Assembly (NCBI GenBank): GCA_963825555.1 | Contig: CAWGTZ010000011.1 | Location: forward strand, 89,301-153,300 | Reading direction: 5' to 3' | DNA length: 64,000 bases | DNA from: an uncultured Alphaproteobacteria bacterium | GTDB lineage: Bacteria; Pseudomonadota; Alphaproteobacteria; Rhizobiales; Hyphomicrobiaceae | Shown here: in pieces, positions 38,392-48,176 of the stretch | Layout: the number at the start of each line of letters is the position of its first letter | Position numbering within the stretch: the stretch's first letter is position 1 | Notes under the pieces: generated by a model | Databases searched by the model: none | Told to the model about the DNA's origin: nothing | The model's input: only the letters and a program-made list of their open reading frames with translations | Translations under genes and position numbers: made by a program

Positions 38392-40170
38392 TCATCCAAC
38401 GTGCTGCTGGAGCCACAGTTCAAGCAGGGCAACTTGCCAAAGCTTTGACCCGCCGAGTGGCGTAATATGTTCTTTGGGATCGGCCAAGAGTTCATCAATG
38501 GCCTCTTTCCGGAAGAGCCCACGGTCGCGGGCTGAGCGCGATCCCAGGGCATCCTGGACCATTTCGAGAACGGGTCCCTCGAGATACTTGAGCGCAGGAA
38601 CCGGGAAGTAGCCCTTCGGCCGGTCGATTACCTCGTGCGGAATGACATGGCGGGCTACGTCTTTCAGAATACCTTTGCCGTTCTGATCGAGCTTCAGCTC
38701 CGGCGGGATGCGCGCTGCGAGTTCAACGAGTTCATGGTCTAGAAATGGCACGCGTGCTTCGAGCCCCCACGCCATCGTCATGTTGTCTACGCGCTTTACG
38801 GGATCGTCGGCGAGCATGATCGTCGTATCCAGCCGCAGAGCCCGGTCCACCGGCGTCGATGCTCCCGGCATATCGAAATGGCTGCTGACGAAACGGCGGC
38901 TCCAATCCTCGCCCACATAAGTGTTTGCGACAAGACGTTCATAGTCGTCGTGGTTCCGGTCGAAGAAGGCGTGCGCGTAGTCTTCCACCGGGCTGTTGCT
39001 GTTGGCGAGCGGTTGATACCAGTGATAGCCGGCAAAAACCTCGTCCGCGCCCTGGCCGCTCTGGACCACCTTGACGTGATCCGAAACCTCCTGAGAGAGG
39101 AGATAGAAGCCGATATTGTCGTGGCTCACCATCGGCTCCGACATGGCGCCGATGGCCTGCGGCAATGCACCGAGCAACCGCTCGGAGCGGACCATAATCT
39201 TATAATGCTCGCTGCCGAAATGCTTGGCGACGAGGTCGGAATAGACGAACTCATCGCCCTTTTCCCCGCCGACAGCCTCAAAGCCAATGGAGAAGGTTTT
39301 GAGGCCCTTCTGGCCCTGTTCGGCCAATAGACCAACGATGAGGCTCGAATCTAGTCCGCCCGATAGCAGCACGCCCACCGGCACATCCGCGACCATGCGC
39401 CGGCGCACCGCCGTCTTGAGCGCCTCGTGGGTAGCGTCACGCCAGTCCGCCGCACTACGTTCCAGATCCTCCGTGCTGCGCTCAAAGCTCGGCGCCCAAT
39501 AGACCCAGTCCTTTCGGCGCCCATCGGGCTCGAAGATCGCAATAGTTGCCGGCGGCAGCTTGCGCACGCCGCGCAGAATCGTGAACGGCGGCGGGACCAC
39601 CGCATGAAAAGTCATGTAGTGATGAAGCGCGACGGGATCGATACGCGTATCCACCTCGCCCGCAGCGACGAGTGCCGGCAATGTAGAGGCAAAGCGCAGG
39701 CGCTGACCATCGGCAGATTCGGAGAGATAAAGCGGCTTTATGCCAAGTCGATCACGCGCCAAAATGAGCCGGCCCGTGTCCCGCTCGTGAATGGCAAAGG
39801 CGAACATGCCCTGGAGGCGCTCGACGGCCGCAGCGCCCCACGCATGATAGGCTTTAAGGATCGTCTCCGTGTCGCCGTCGGAGAAAAAGTGATAGCCCTT
39901 GGCGCTCAGCTCGGCACGCAATTCCTTATAGTTATAGATGCAGCCATTGAACGCGATGCTCAAACCAAGCTCGGCGTCGACCATCGGCTGGCGCGCCTTG
40001 TTGGATAAATCGATAATCGATAGGCGCCGGTGCCCAAGCGCCACCGAACCATAGGCTACAACGCCAGCCGAGTCGGGCCCGCGCGGCCGCATCGTCTCTG
40101 TCATCCGGGTCAGTCTCTCGACCGAAACATCGGATCCATCAAAACGCGCTTCACCGCATATTCCGCACAT
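38392..40170 (-). CDS. asnO: N-acetylglutaminylglutamine amidotransferase (asparagine synthase-like, Ntn glutaminase)
   Basis: MCGICGE N-terminal nucleophile, the SGGLDSS PP-loop, 592 aa, first gene of the NAGGN trio. Confidence 0.85.
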   Translation of the reverse strand: MCGICGEARFDGSDVSVERLTRMTETMRPRGPDSAGVVAYGSVALGHRRLSIIDLSNKARQPMVDAELGLSIAFNGCIYNYKELRAELSAKGYHFFSDGDTETILKAYHAWGAAAVERLQGMFAFAIHERDTGRLILARDRLGIKPLYLSESADGQRLRFASTLPALVAAGEVDTRIDPVALHHYMTFHAVVPPPFTILRGVRKLPPATIAIFEPDGRRKDWVYWAPSFERSTEDLERSAADWRDATHEALKTAVRRRMVADVPVGVLLSGGLDSSLIVGLLAEQGQKGLKTFSIGFEAVGGEKGDEFVYSDLVAKHFGSEHYKIMVRSERLLGALPQAIGAMSEPMVSHDNIGFYLLSQEVSDHVKVVQSGQGADEVFAGYHWYQPLANSNSPVEDYAHAFFDRNHDDYERLVANTYVGEDWSRRFVSSHFDMPGASTPVDRALRLDTTIMLADDPVKRVDNMTMAWGLEARVPFLDHELVELAARIPPELKLDQNGKGILKDVARHVIPHEVIDRPKGYFPVPALKYLEGPVLEMVQDALGSRSARDRGLFRKEAIDELLADPKEHITPLGGSKLWQVALLELWLQQHVG

Positions 40171-40351
40171 TAGAAAATTGATCCTTTTGATTTGATTTCA
40201 GAGGGGCTGTTGGCCGCGCTGGCGCGCAGGGCTGATGAAGCGCTTGCAGAAGACCTAAAAGAGATCTCGGCCCAGACATGGAACTAAGCCCATCGGGCGG
40301 TTGCGGCGCGTGCCGTTGACTCCGGCCGGTATTTAGAGGACAAATGTTTCT

Positions 40352-40876
40352 ATGTCAAATGATTTGGACTCAAAAGAAAAAAGACCGCAGATCCTGGCTC
40401 TGGCCACAATGGATGCCGTCCCCGTGGATGCTATGGCCATGGCCAACGCCGTTCTGCGAATGCTCCGGCGGATCAACCGCGTCGGCGATTTGCATTCCAA
40501 GGAGCTGGAGCGACTGTCGGGTATCACTACGCCTCAACTGATTGCGCTCAGGGCCATTCAGGAACTGGGCGAAGTCACCGCCGGGCGTATTGCCGAACAC
40601 GTCAGCCTGAGCCAGGGCACGGTTTCGATGATCCTCGACCGGCTCGAAACCCAGGGCCTCATAGCGCGCTATCGCAGCCCGCGGGATCGGCGCATCGTGC
40701 ACGCCCGATTGACCGAGGCGGGCGAGCAAGCTGTGGCATCTGCCCCGCCTCTCATGCGCGAGCAGTTCCTGCGCCGCTTTCTGGCGCTCGATCATTCCGA
40801 GCAGGCACAAATGGTCGAGAAACTGAGCGCTTTGGCCGACATGATGGATGCCGAGACGGATACCCCGTCACGATAG
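40352..40876 (+). CDS. MarR family transcriptional regulator, divergent from the NAGGN operon
   Basis: Winged-helix core: TTPQLIALRAIQELGEVTAGRIAEHVSLSQGTVSMILDRLETQGLIARYRSPRDRRIVHARLTEAG. Confidence 0.85.
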   Translation: MSNDLDSKEKRPQILALATMDAVPVDAMAMANAVLRMLRRINRVGDLHSKELERLSGITTPQLIALRAIQELGEVTAGRIAEHVSLSQGTVSMILDRLETQGLIARYRSPRDRRIVHARLTEAGEQAVASAPPLMREQFLRRFLALDHSEQAQMVEKLSALADMMDAETDTPSR

Positions 40877-41040
40877 AGGCGGCCGCCGACGCCACCGAAG
40901 TCGGGTCGTCGCTTTCCGGATTGCATTTCTGTATTGCTCAAGCGACGATCACGCGCCCCGTTTTCCGGTGAGACTTGCAAAGCCACCGCTCGCGACCCCA
41001 TCTATCGGCAAGAAGGCAATTTCCAACACTGAGAACCCCA

Positions 41041-41298
41041 ATGTCGAAGTCTAGCTACATCCTAGCTCTGGCGCTGCTCTTAGCTTCCGCTCCTGCAGCG
41101 CTTGCCGGTCTTGGAGGCGAAGCAATGGAACTGGAGGCGGCCCGCGCCAATGCCCGCGCGGGTGGCCCTCTCAACGACCGCGACAAGGAGCTTCTGGAAC
41201 GGTATGGCTGCCTGAGTGGAACCAAAAGCGAATTCTGCGAGAAGCTCAATCGAAGAATGCCGTCCACGACACCTTCCTCCCAGCGCAAAAAACACTGA
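41041..41298 (+). CDS. Small secreted protein (85 aa)
   Basis: ATG 41041, signal peptide MSKSSYILALALLLASAPAALAG, two Cys. Confidence 0.5.
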   Translation: MSKSSYILALALLLASAPAALAGLGGEAMELEAARANARAGGPLNDRDKELLERYGCLSGTKSEFCEKLNRRMPSTTPSSQRKKH

Positions 41299-41410
41299 CA
41301 CCGGCCACCGCACTCGCTATCCGCGCATTTCAGATAACAGCCATCCGAATGGCTCTGATCCGCTTATGATATGCAGTCGTTTTGGTCATAGTTGAACCCG
41401 GAGCCTTCTC

Positions 41411-42463
41411 GTGGCGAACATCATCGACGCAGCGGCCGATTTCGCCGGAAACTTGGTTCGCCTCGGCTGGTATACGGGGCTGGGCGCGATCGCAGAGCGG
41501 ACGGCGGAGAAATCGGGTCACGTATCAGCTCCGCGTCCACCCGAGCGCGTCGTTCCCGGCCGCGATGCCGTGATCGCCGACCTCATCGATTTGTTCCGGC
41601 GCGATGCCAATCTGGTCCGGCGCGGCGCGGCCGCAGCTGGTGGCGAACCGGCCGGGGGCATTTTCGATCACATCGATCGCGTGCGCGCGATGATCGCCGA
41701 CATCCCGGGGACGATCGCGCGGCGCACGGAGCGCAAAGTCGACACCTCGCGCATGGCCGTAGGTGAGAGTGCACTACCCGACTACTTCTTGCAGGACTTC
41801 CACTTTCAGACGGGCGGTTACCTTTCGGACGATTCTGCACGCCTTTATGACGTGCAGGTCGAGACGCTGTTCCGCGGATCCGCATTTGCCATGCGCCGGC
41901 AGGCGCTCGGACCGATCGCCGATTTTGTACAGGGGCGTGACCAGCGCGAGATTAGACTGCTCGATGTGGCCTGCGGCACCGGTCGCTTTCTGCGCGAGGT
42001 ACGACGTACCTATCCGGCCATGTCGCTCACCGGCCTGGACCTGTCGCAACCCTATCTTTCCGAGGCGGAACGACATCTGGAAGGTCTGCGCCCCGTTCAC
42101 TGGATAGCGGCCAATGCAGAGAGCATCCCGCTCGCGGATGCAAGCCAGGACATCGTGACGACGATCTATCTCTTTCACGAACTGCCACCCGATGTCCGAC
42201 GCACAGTCATCTCGGAAATGGCCCGCGTTCTGAAGCCGGGGGGACTTCTGGTCTTCATCGACAGCCTGCAGAGAGGCGACCGTCCCGGCGGGTGGGACGG
42301 ATTCCTGGAGGGCTTCCCAGAGCGGTTCCACGAACCTTACTATCGCCACTACACGATCGATGATCTCAATTCCGTTTTCGACGGAGCGGGTCTTTCAGCC
42401 GTCGCTACATGGCCGGCATTTCTGTCTAAGGTCATGGTTCGCCAGAAACGCACAGCCGCGTGA
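41411..42463 (+). CDS. Class I SAM-dependent methyltransferase with a ~130-aa N-terminal extension
   Basis: Motif I LLDVACGTGRFL, later LKPGGLLVFID. GTG start at 41411. Confidence 0.75.
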   Translation: MANIIDAAADFAGNLVRLGWYTGLGAIAERTAEKSGHVSAPRPPERVVPGRDAVIADLIDLFRRDANLVRRGAAAAGGEPAGGIFDHIDRVRAMIADIPGTIARRTERKVDTSRMAVGESALPDYFLQDFHFQTGGYLSDDSARLYDVQVETLFRGSAFAMRRQALGPIADFVQGRDQREIRLLDVACGTGRFLREVRRTYPAMSLTGLDLSQPYLSEAERHLEGLRPVHWIAANAESIPLADASQDIVTTIYLFHELPPDVRRTVISEMARVLKPGGLLVFIDSLQRGDRPGGWDGFLEGFPERFHEPYYRHYTIDDLNSVFDGAGLSAVATWPAFLSKVMVRQKRTAA

Positions 42464-42701
42464 GTTAGAACCTGCCGAAGCCGGTCGCAACGCGTCTTGC
42501 TCTTTTCTCAAGTCAGTAACGTTACAGCACGATGCGTGTATCCAGACATCGTCAGTCCGCCATTCGATTGGCGCCTGGCGAGTTCTCAACCGTAGTCGCG
42601 CAAAGGGTTTGCGAACCTGCCGAACGCCTGTAAATCAGAACATGGGCCGTTGTTCTCTCTTCGCCAGCCGCCGCACCAGTCTTCTCCTGCACCAGATCGA
42701 C

Positions 42702-43454
42702 ATGAACCTGCCACCTATTCCACCTCAGCCGGACTTCGCCCTGTTTCTCGATTTTGATGGCACAGTCGTCGAGATTGCCGAGCGTCCCGAGCTCGTGCGT
42801 CTGGGGGCATCAACTCTGCAAGCGCTCACCGAACTCTCGCGACTTCTTGAAGGTGCCCTCGCCATCGTGACGGGTCGCGAGATTGAGGCGATCGACAGGT
42901 TCATGGCGCCGCTGAAACTCCCTGTCGCGGGCATTCACGGCCTGGAGCGGCGCGATGCGGGCGGAGCACGCATCAGCTCGACTGATGCCTCTGAAGTCGT
43001 GGCCTCACTCACTGAGCGCCTTGCCCCTTTGGTCGACAGCGAAATCGGCCTCATGCTAGAACAAAAGACATCGGCCCTGGCGCTGCACTACCGCGCACGT
43101 CCCGAATTGGAATCCACGTGTCTTCGCGCGTTCGAGGATGCGGTGGCTGATATGCCTGGGATCGAACTCAAAAGGGGCAAAATGGTTCTGGAGGCCAAAC
43201 CCAACGGAAAGAACAAGGGGACGGCCATTCTCGATTTCCTGGAAGAAGAGCCCTTCCGTGGCCGCACGCCCTGGTTTGCCGGTGATGACATCACTGACGA
43301 GGACGCATTCCAAGTGGTCAACGGCCTCGGCGGCGTTTCGGTCAAAGTAGGGGAAGGGCCGACGGTGGCCAACTATCGCGCCAAGAGCACCGCGTCTTTT
43401 CTGGCTTGGCTCGAAGCTGCCGTTCAGCATATTGCCGCGGAGGTGAAGCGTTGA
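42702..43454 (+). CDS. otsB: Trehalose-6-phosphate phosphatase
   Basis: HAD motif I ALFLDFDGTVVEI, later KGTAI and GDDITDEDAF. ATG 42702 chosen, because the longer ORF start at 42360 overlaps the upstream gene. Confidence 0.85.
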   Translation: MNLPPIPPQPDFALFLDFDGTVVEIAERPELVRLGASTLQALTELSRLLEGALAIVTGREIEAIDRFMAPLKLPVAGIHGLERRDAGGARISSTDASEVVASLTERLAPLVDSEIGLMLEQKTSALALHYRARPELESTCLRAFEDAVADMPGIELKRGKMVLEAKPNGKNKGTAILDFLEEEPFRGRTPWFAGDDITDEDAFQVVNGLGGVSVKVGEGPTVANYRAKSTASFLAWLEAAVQHIAAEVKR

Positions 43455-45235
43455 GCACTCTCGATTTGGGGCTTGTGGGCAACTGCTGCATCAGCGCCCT
43501 AATAGACAAGACAGGAAGCATCGTCTGGTCCTGCCTTCCCCGCTTCGACGGTGATCCCGTATTCCATTCACTGCTCGGCAGCGCACCGGAGAGATCAGGC
43601 GAAGGTATCTTTTCCATCGAACTCGACGATCTGGTGGAAAGCACGCAGGAGTATCTGCCCAATTCCGCCATCCTGCGCACCCGTCTCAACGGACGCAGCG
43701 GTTCCGTCGAGATCATCGATTTTGCTCCGCGATTCAAATGGCGAGGGCGCTCCTTCCGGCCCCAGATGCTGGTGCGCCGCCTGCGGCCTCTCTCTGGCAG
43801 CCCACGTATTCGCATCAAGGTACGCCCCAGCTACGGCAACGGCGCCTTCCGCCCGGCCCTCACATTCGGATCCAATCACATCCGCTACATGTGCGAGCAG
43901 CAGACGTTGAGGCTCACGACCGACGTTCCAATAGACTATGTGCGGCAACAGACACCCTTCATTCTGGATGACGAAGTCAGTCTGATCTTTGGACCGGACG
44001 AGACCTTGAGCGAGGGCGTCGCGCAGACCGCGCGAGACTTCGAAGAGCGCACCCAGGCCTACTGGCGCAGCTGGGCCAACCGCTTGGCAATTCCCGTCGA
44101 GTGGCAAGACGAGGTCATTCGTGCAGCCATCACCCTGAAGCTGTGCAGCTACGAACCGACGGGCGCTGTCGTGGCAGCCATGACGACGAGCGTGCCCGAG
44201 GCCCCGGATTCAGGGCGCAACTGGGATTACCGCTTCTGCTGGGTGCGCGATGCATTTTTCGTCGTGCGCGCTCTGAACAGTCTCGCGGCCGTCCGCACGA
44301 TGGAACACTATGTCCGCTGGATCATGAACGTCGTTGCAGCGACGGGCGGCGGACATATTCAACCAGTGTACGGCATTGGCCTCGAAGCAGCCCTGACCGA
44401 GGAAATTGCTGAGCACTTGCCCGGCTACCGTGGCATGGGCCCTGTTCGCCTAGGCAACCAGGCCCACGAGCACGATCAGCACGACACCTATGGCAACGTA
44501 ATCCTGGGCGTCTCTCAGGCCTTCTACGATAAGCGCCTCTTCCTCCAGCTGGGAGCCGCAGAGTTCGAACGACTTGAGGCCGTGGGTGAGATGGCCTACC
44601 AACTGCACGACAAGCCCGATGCTGGAATCTGGGAGCTTCGATCGCGCGCCCGCATCCACACCTCCTCCAGCCTGATGTGCTGGGCCGGTTGCGACCGGCT
44701 CGCAAAGATCGCACGGCATCTTGGCCTCATTGATCGGGCCGATTTCTGGCACAAGCGGGCCAACGCCGTCCGTTCAGCCATTCTCGATCTGACTTGGTCG
44801 GACAAACGCCAGGCCTTTGTAGAAAGCTTCGGCGGCACGATGCTCGATGCGAGCGTACTTCTCATGGGCGAGGTGGGCTTCATCGATCCGCGCGACCCAC
44901 GCTATCTCTCGACTATAGAACAGCTGGAAAAATCTCTGGGTCGCGGGCCCTTCATGATGCGCTACGAGGAGGCGGACGATTTTGGCACGCCAGAGACCGC
45001 TTTCAATATTTGCGCATTCTGGCGCGTCGACGCGCTGGCCCGCAGCGGCCAGCGCGAGAGGGCGCGTGAGATTTTTCAGGAACTGCTCTCGGCCCGCAAT
45101 TCACTCGGCATGATGTCGGAGGATACTGCCTATCAGGATCGCTCTCTTTGGGGTAATTTCCCTCAAACCTACTCGATGGTTGGCATCATAAATGGCGCCA
45201 TGCGTCTGTCGCGCGGGTGGGAGGCCGTCACATGA
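43451..45235 (+). CDS. Glycoside hydrolase family 15 protein (glucoamylase/trehalase-type)
   Basis: STLDLGLVGNCCISALID..., NWDYRFCWVRDA and WEL motifs typical of bacterial GH15. The TTG at 43451 overlaps the otsB stop (TTGA). ATG 43406 is the alternative. Confidence 0.8.
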   Translation: MSTLDLGLVGNCCISALIDKTGSIVWSCLPRFDGDPVFHSLLGSAPERSGEGIFSIELDDLVESTQEYLPNSAILRTRLNGRSGSVEIIDFAPRFKWRGRSFRPQMLVRRLRPLSGSPRIRIKVRPSYGNGAFRPALTFGSNHIRYMCEQQTLRLTTDVPIDYVRQQTPFILDDEVSLIFGPDETLSEGVAQTARDFEERTQAYWRSWANRLAIPVEWQDEVIRAAITLKLCSYEPTGAVVAAMTTSVPEAPDSGRNWDYRFCWVRDAFFVVRALNSLAAVRTMEHYVRWIMNVVAATGGGHIQPVYGIGLEAALTEEIAEHLPGYRGMGPVRLGNQAHEHDQHDTYGNVILGVSQAFYDKRLFLQLGAAEFERLEAVGEMAYQLHDKPDAGIWELRSRARIHTSSSLMCWAGCDRLAKIARHLGLIDRADFWHKRANAVRSAILDLTWSDKRQAFVESFGGTMLDASVLLMGEVGFIDPRDPRYLSTIEQLEKSLGRGPFMMRYEEADDFGTPETAFNICAFWRVDALARSGQRERAREIFQELLSARNSLGMMSEDTAYQDRSLWGNFPQTYSMVGIINGAMRLSRGWEAVT

Positions 45236-46626
45236 GCCGACTCGTCGTCGTCTCAAATCGCGTTGCGGATGTCTCAAAGGCCGTGCAGTCGGGCGGCCTC
45301 GCCGTAGCTCTGGCGGATGCCTTGAAGCAGCGGCGCGGGCTCTGGTTCGGCTGGGATGGCAACGTTGTACCCGAGGATACCCCCTTCGGCATCACCATCA
45401 CGCAGAACGAACAGGTTCGAACCGTCACAGTTCCCCTCACCCAGGAGGATTACGACCAATACTATACCGGGTTCTGCAACAACGTTCTGTGGCCATCATT
45501 TCACTATCGGCTCGACCTCGGCATCATCGATCCGCGGTCCTTTGAGGGATATCGCCGCGTCAACCAGCGCTTTGCAAAGTCTCTCGCCGCGCTCCTAGAG
45601 CCGGATGACCTCGTCTGGGTTCACGACTATCACCTCATCCCTCTCGCAGCTGAACTGCGTGCGCTCGGCGTGACGCAACGCATCGGCTTCTTCCTGCACA
45701 TCCCGTTTCCGCCATCAGACATCTTTCTGGCGGTACCCGAGCAGCAATGGCTGGCCAATGCCCTGTTCTGCTACGATGTGGTTGGTTTCCAGACAACCAT
45801 CGACGCCAACAACTTCCGCCGCTACATCGTGGACCACCTGGGTGGGGAAGAGGTCGATGACAGCCGCTTGCGCGCCTTCGACCGCACGACGATCGTGAAA
45901 GCGTTTCCCATCGGCATCGACGTGGATCACTTCTACGCCATGGCGCACACGCCCAAAGCGGACGCGGAGATTGTCCGCTTGCAGCGGCGCAACATAGCCG
46001 GCTCGCATATTCTCGGCATCGACCGGCTCGACTATACGAAGGGGCTGCCGGACCGGCTGAAGGCGTTCCGCCGCCTGCTGGATCTCCACCCCGAGCATCG
46101 CAAGATGGTGACCCTGATGCAGATCGCGCCACCGACGCGAGAGGACGTGGCGGCCTACTCCGATATTCGCCAGGAACTCGAAGGGCTATCTGGAGCCATA
46201 AACGGCGAGTACGGCGACTTCGACTGGACGCCTGTCCGCTACATTCACCGTGCCATTCCTCGCGATACGCTAGCCGCATTGTGCCGCGGCAGCCGAGTTG
46301 GGCTGGTTACCCCGCTGCGTGATGGCATGAACCTTGTGGCGAAGGAGTATATTGCAGCACAGGACGCCGATAATCCGGGTGTGCTCGTACTGTCGCGTTT
46401 CGCCGGCGCCGCGGAGGACCTGCAAGAGGCGGTTCTCGTCAACCCCTACGATACGGAGGAAGTAGCGCTCGCTCTACAGAATGCGCTGACCATGTCGCGT
46501 GACGAGCGCCGTGAGCGATACGAAGCATTGATCGAGCGCGTGAAAACCCGTGACGTGAAGAACTGGCGCGAGTTTTTCCTGGAAGAGTTACGCAAATCCC
46601 GCCTGGAGGGAGGCCATGCCTCGTGA
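45232..46626 (+). CDS. otsA: Alpha,alpha-trehalose-phosphate synthase (GT20)
   Basis: MSRLVVVSNRV..., VWVHDYHLIPLA, GFFLHIPFP and LVTPLRDGMNLVAKEY. ATGA overlap with the GH15 stop. Confidence 0.9.
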   Translation: MSRLVVVSNRVADVSKAVQSGGLAVALADALKQRRGLWFGWDGNVVPEDTPFGITITQNEQVRTVTVPLTQEDYDQYYTGFCNNVLWPSFHYRLDLGIIDPRSFEGYRRVNQRFAKSLAALLEPDDLVWVHDYHLIPLAAELRALGVTQRIGFFLHIPFPPSDIFLAVPEQQWLANALFCYDVVGFQTTIDANNFRRYIVDHLGGEEVDDSRLRAFDRTTIVKAFPIGIDVDHFYAMAHTPKADAEIVRLQRRNIAGSHILGIDRLDYTKGLPDRLKAFRRLLDLHPEHRKMVTLMQIAPPTREDVAAYSDIRQELEGLSGAINGEYGDFDWTPVRYIHRAIPRDTLAALCRGSRVGLVTPLRDGMNLVAKEYIAAQDADNPGVLVLSRFAGAAEDLQEAVLVNPYDTEEVALALQNALTMSRDERRERYEALIERVKTRDVKNWREFFLEELRKSRLEGGHAS

Positions 46627-47573
46627 GCGGCTGTGTTCTTGTCGGTGATGTCGGCGGCACCAATGCTCGCTTCGCCTTAAGTGACAAACCGGGGTGCCTT
46701 CGCGAATTCCGCAGCTATCATGTCGAAGACTATCCGAACTTCACCGACGCCCTGGTTGCCTTTCTGACTGCGGTTGGAATGGGCGGCAGCAGTTCTCGGT
46801 CCCCGACTGCGGTGCGGATTGCCGCTGCTGGACCGATCGACGAGAGCGGCAGCGTCACCTTGACCAACGCGCCCTGGCGAATCTCGGAAGCTGATATTCG
46901 CGGCGCAGCCGGCGGCGCTCCAGCACGCCTCTTCAACGATCTGGAAGCGGTGGCGTTGGCCTTGCCCCACCTTGGCGACGCTGATGTCGCTCCGTTCGGC
47001 GGTTCCATCGCCGACCCGCTGCGCGGAAACCGCCTTGCTGTTAATGTCGGAACAGGTTTCGGCGTCGCCGCCGCTGTGGTTCACGAGGGTTCATGGTCCT
47101 CTATCGCGAGCGAGGGCGGACACATGACATTCGCCGCCCGGACTGCTGCAGAGGAGGCGCTTCTTCCTCATGTGCAATCAATAGAGGACGTTCTATCCGG
47201 AGATGGTCTCGTCCATCTCTACCGGATCCGCTGCGGATCAAGGGCTCGCGATGCAGCACGAGGGGATATGACCGCGTCAGCGGTTCTGGAAGGCTGCGCA
47301 ACCGACCCCGTGGCCCGCGATGCTGTCATGATCTTCACCGATCTCCTCGCCCGCATCTGCGGCGACTTGGTGCTGGCGCACGGTGCCTGGGGCGGCATCT
47401 TCTTGACCGGCAGCGTTGCCTTGGCCTGGGCACACGTCGCGGAACAGGCACGCTTCCGGGAAATATTCGCTTCTAAGGGAAAAATGGCGGACCGCATGGG
47501 GCGTGTTCCCACCCGGCTGATCCTTGCACCCCAGCCCGCACTTCTCGGCCTGAGCTACGGCCCTTCGCGCTGA
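46623..47573 (+). CDS. glk: Glucokinase
   Basis: VLVGDVGGTNARFAL N-terminal ATP motif, 316 aa. GTGA overlap with the otsA stop. Confidence 0.8.
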   Translation: MSGCVLVGDVGGTNARFALSDKPGCLREFRSYHVEDYPNFTDALVAFLTAVGMGGSSSRSPTAVRIAAAGPIDESGSVTLTNAPWRISEADIRGAAGGAPARLFNDLEAVALALPHLGDADVAPFGGSIADPLRGNRLAVNVGTGFGVAAAVVHEGSWSSIASEGGHMTFAARTAAEEALLPHVQSIEDVLSGDGLVHLYRIRCGSRARDAARGDMTASAVLEGCATDPVARDAVMIFTDLLARICGDLVLAHGAWGGIFLTGSVALAWAHVAEQARFREIFASKGKMADRMGRVPTRLILAPQPALLGLSYGPSR

Positions 47574-47678
47574 CGCACCGCCCAATTGGCAGCACCAAAA
47601 AGAGATGGGTCGCCGAGAGTCCTCCGCGGCCCGTCTCGCACTGTTCAACCAATTGGTGTGTCGGCGCCTGAGGGCCGC

Positions 47679-48176
47679 TCACCCTTTGCCGATGGGGATC
47701 TGCTTCTCGGCCTTTGCAAACTCGGGGCGCTTCGGTAAGGTGACCTTCAACACGCCCTTTTCGAAGCTCGCCTTCACATTGTCGGGATCGACGGCATCTC
47801 CCAATTGAAATGACCGGTGGAAGCTGCCGTAGCTGCGTTCCATTAGGCGATAGTTTTCCGCCTTCTCCTCACGCTCCGACTTCTTCTCGCCTCTGATCGT
47901 GAGCACGCCATTGGTCAGCGTGACGCTAACGTCCTTCTCGTCCATTCCAGGAAGTTCGGCCTCCACAAGGAACTCTTTGTCGGTTTCTTTGAGATCCGTG
48001 CGCGGCGACGTGAAACCGCCCCAGCCCTCCCGGGACAGGCCGGGCAGGCGGCCAAGGCCGTGACCTAGGTATGAGTTGAAGAGGCGCTCCATCTCTGCGC
48101 GCATGCTTGAGAAAGGATCTAGAGACCGCGGTGTAGGCAAGCTTCCCTGCTCCGCCGTTTTCGATTGCTCAGTCAA
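47679..48176 (-). CDS. Hsp20/alpha-crystallin family small heat-shock protein
   Basis: Alpha-crystallin core: DLKETDKEFLVEAELPGMDEKDVSVTLTNGVLTIRGEK...SYGSFHRSFQL...A.FEKGVLKVTLPK. TTG start with GGGAGG 6 nt upstream. Confidence 0.9.
   Translation of the reverse strand: MTEQSKTAEQGSLPTPRSLDPFSSMRAEMERLFNSYLGHGLGRLPGLSREGWGGFTSPRTDLKETDKEFLVEAELPGMDEKDVSVTLTNGVLTIRGEKKSEREEKAENYRLMERSYGSFHRSFQLGDAVDPDNVKASFEKGVLKVTLPKRPEFAKAEKQIPIGKG

Noticed and set aside
40178-40196. The triple TTGAT/ATCAA repeat upstream of asnO, considered as an FNR-type site.
   Set aside because: The spacing does not give TTGA-N6-TCAA, because these are direct rather than inverted repeats. It is mentioned only as a possible operator under the NAGGN finding.
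42464-42701. EcfG-type general stress promoter (GGAAC-N16/17-CGTT) upstream of otsB. I also searched for one upstream of hsp20 and in 50469..50895, where GGAAC occurs twice.
   Set aside because: No GGAAC has a CGTT at the correct spacing. The ACGTT at about 42520 lacks a -35 element.
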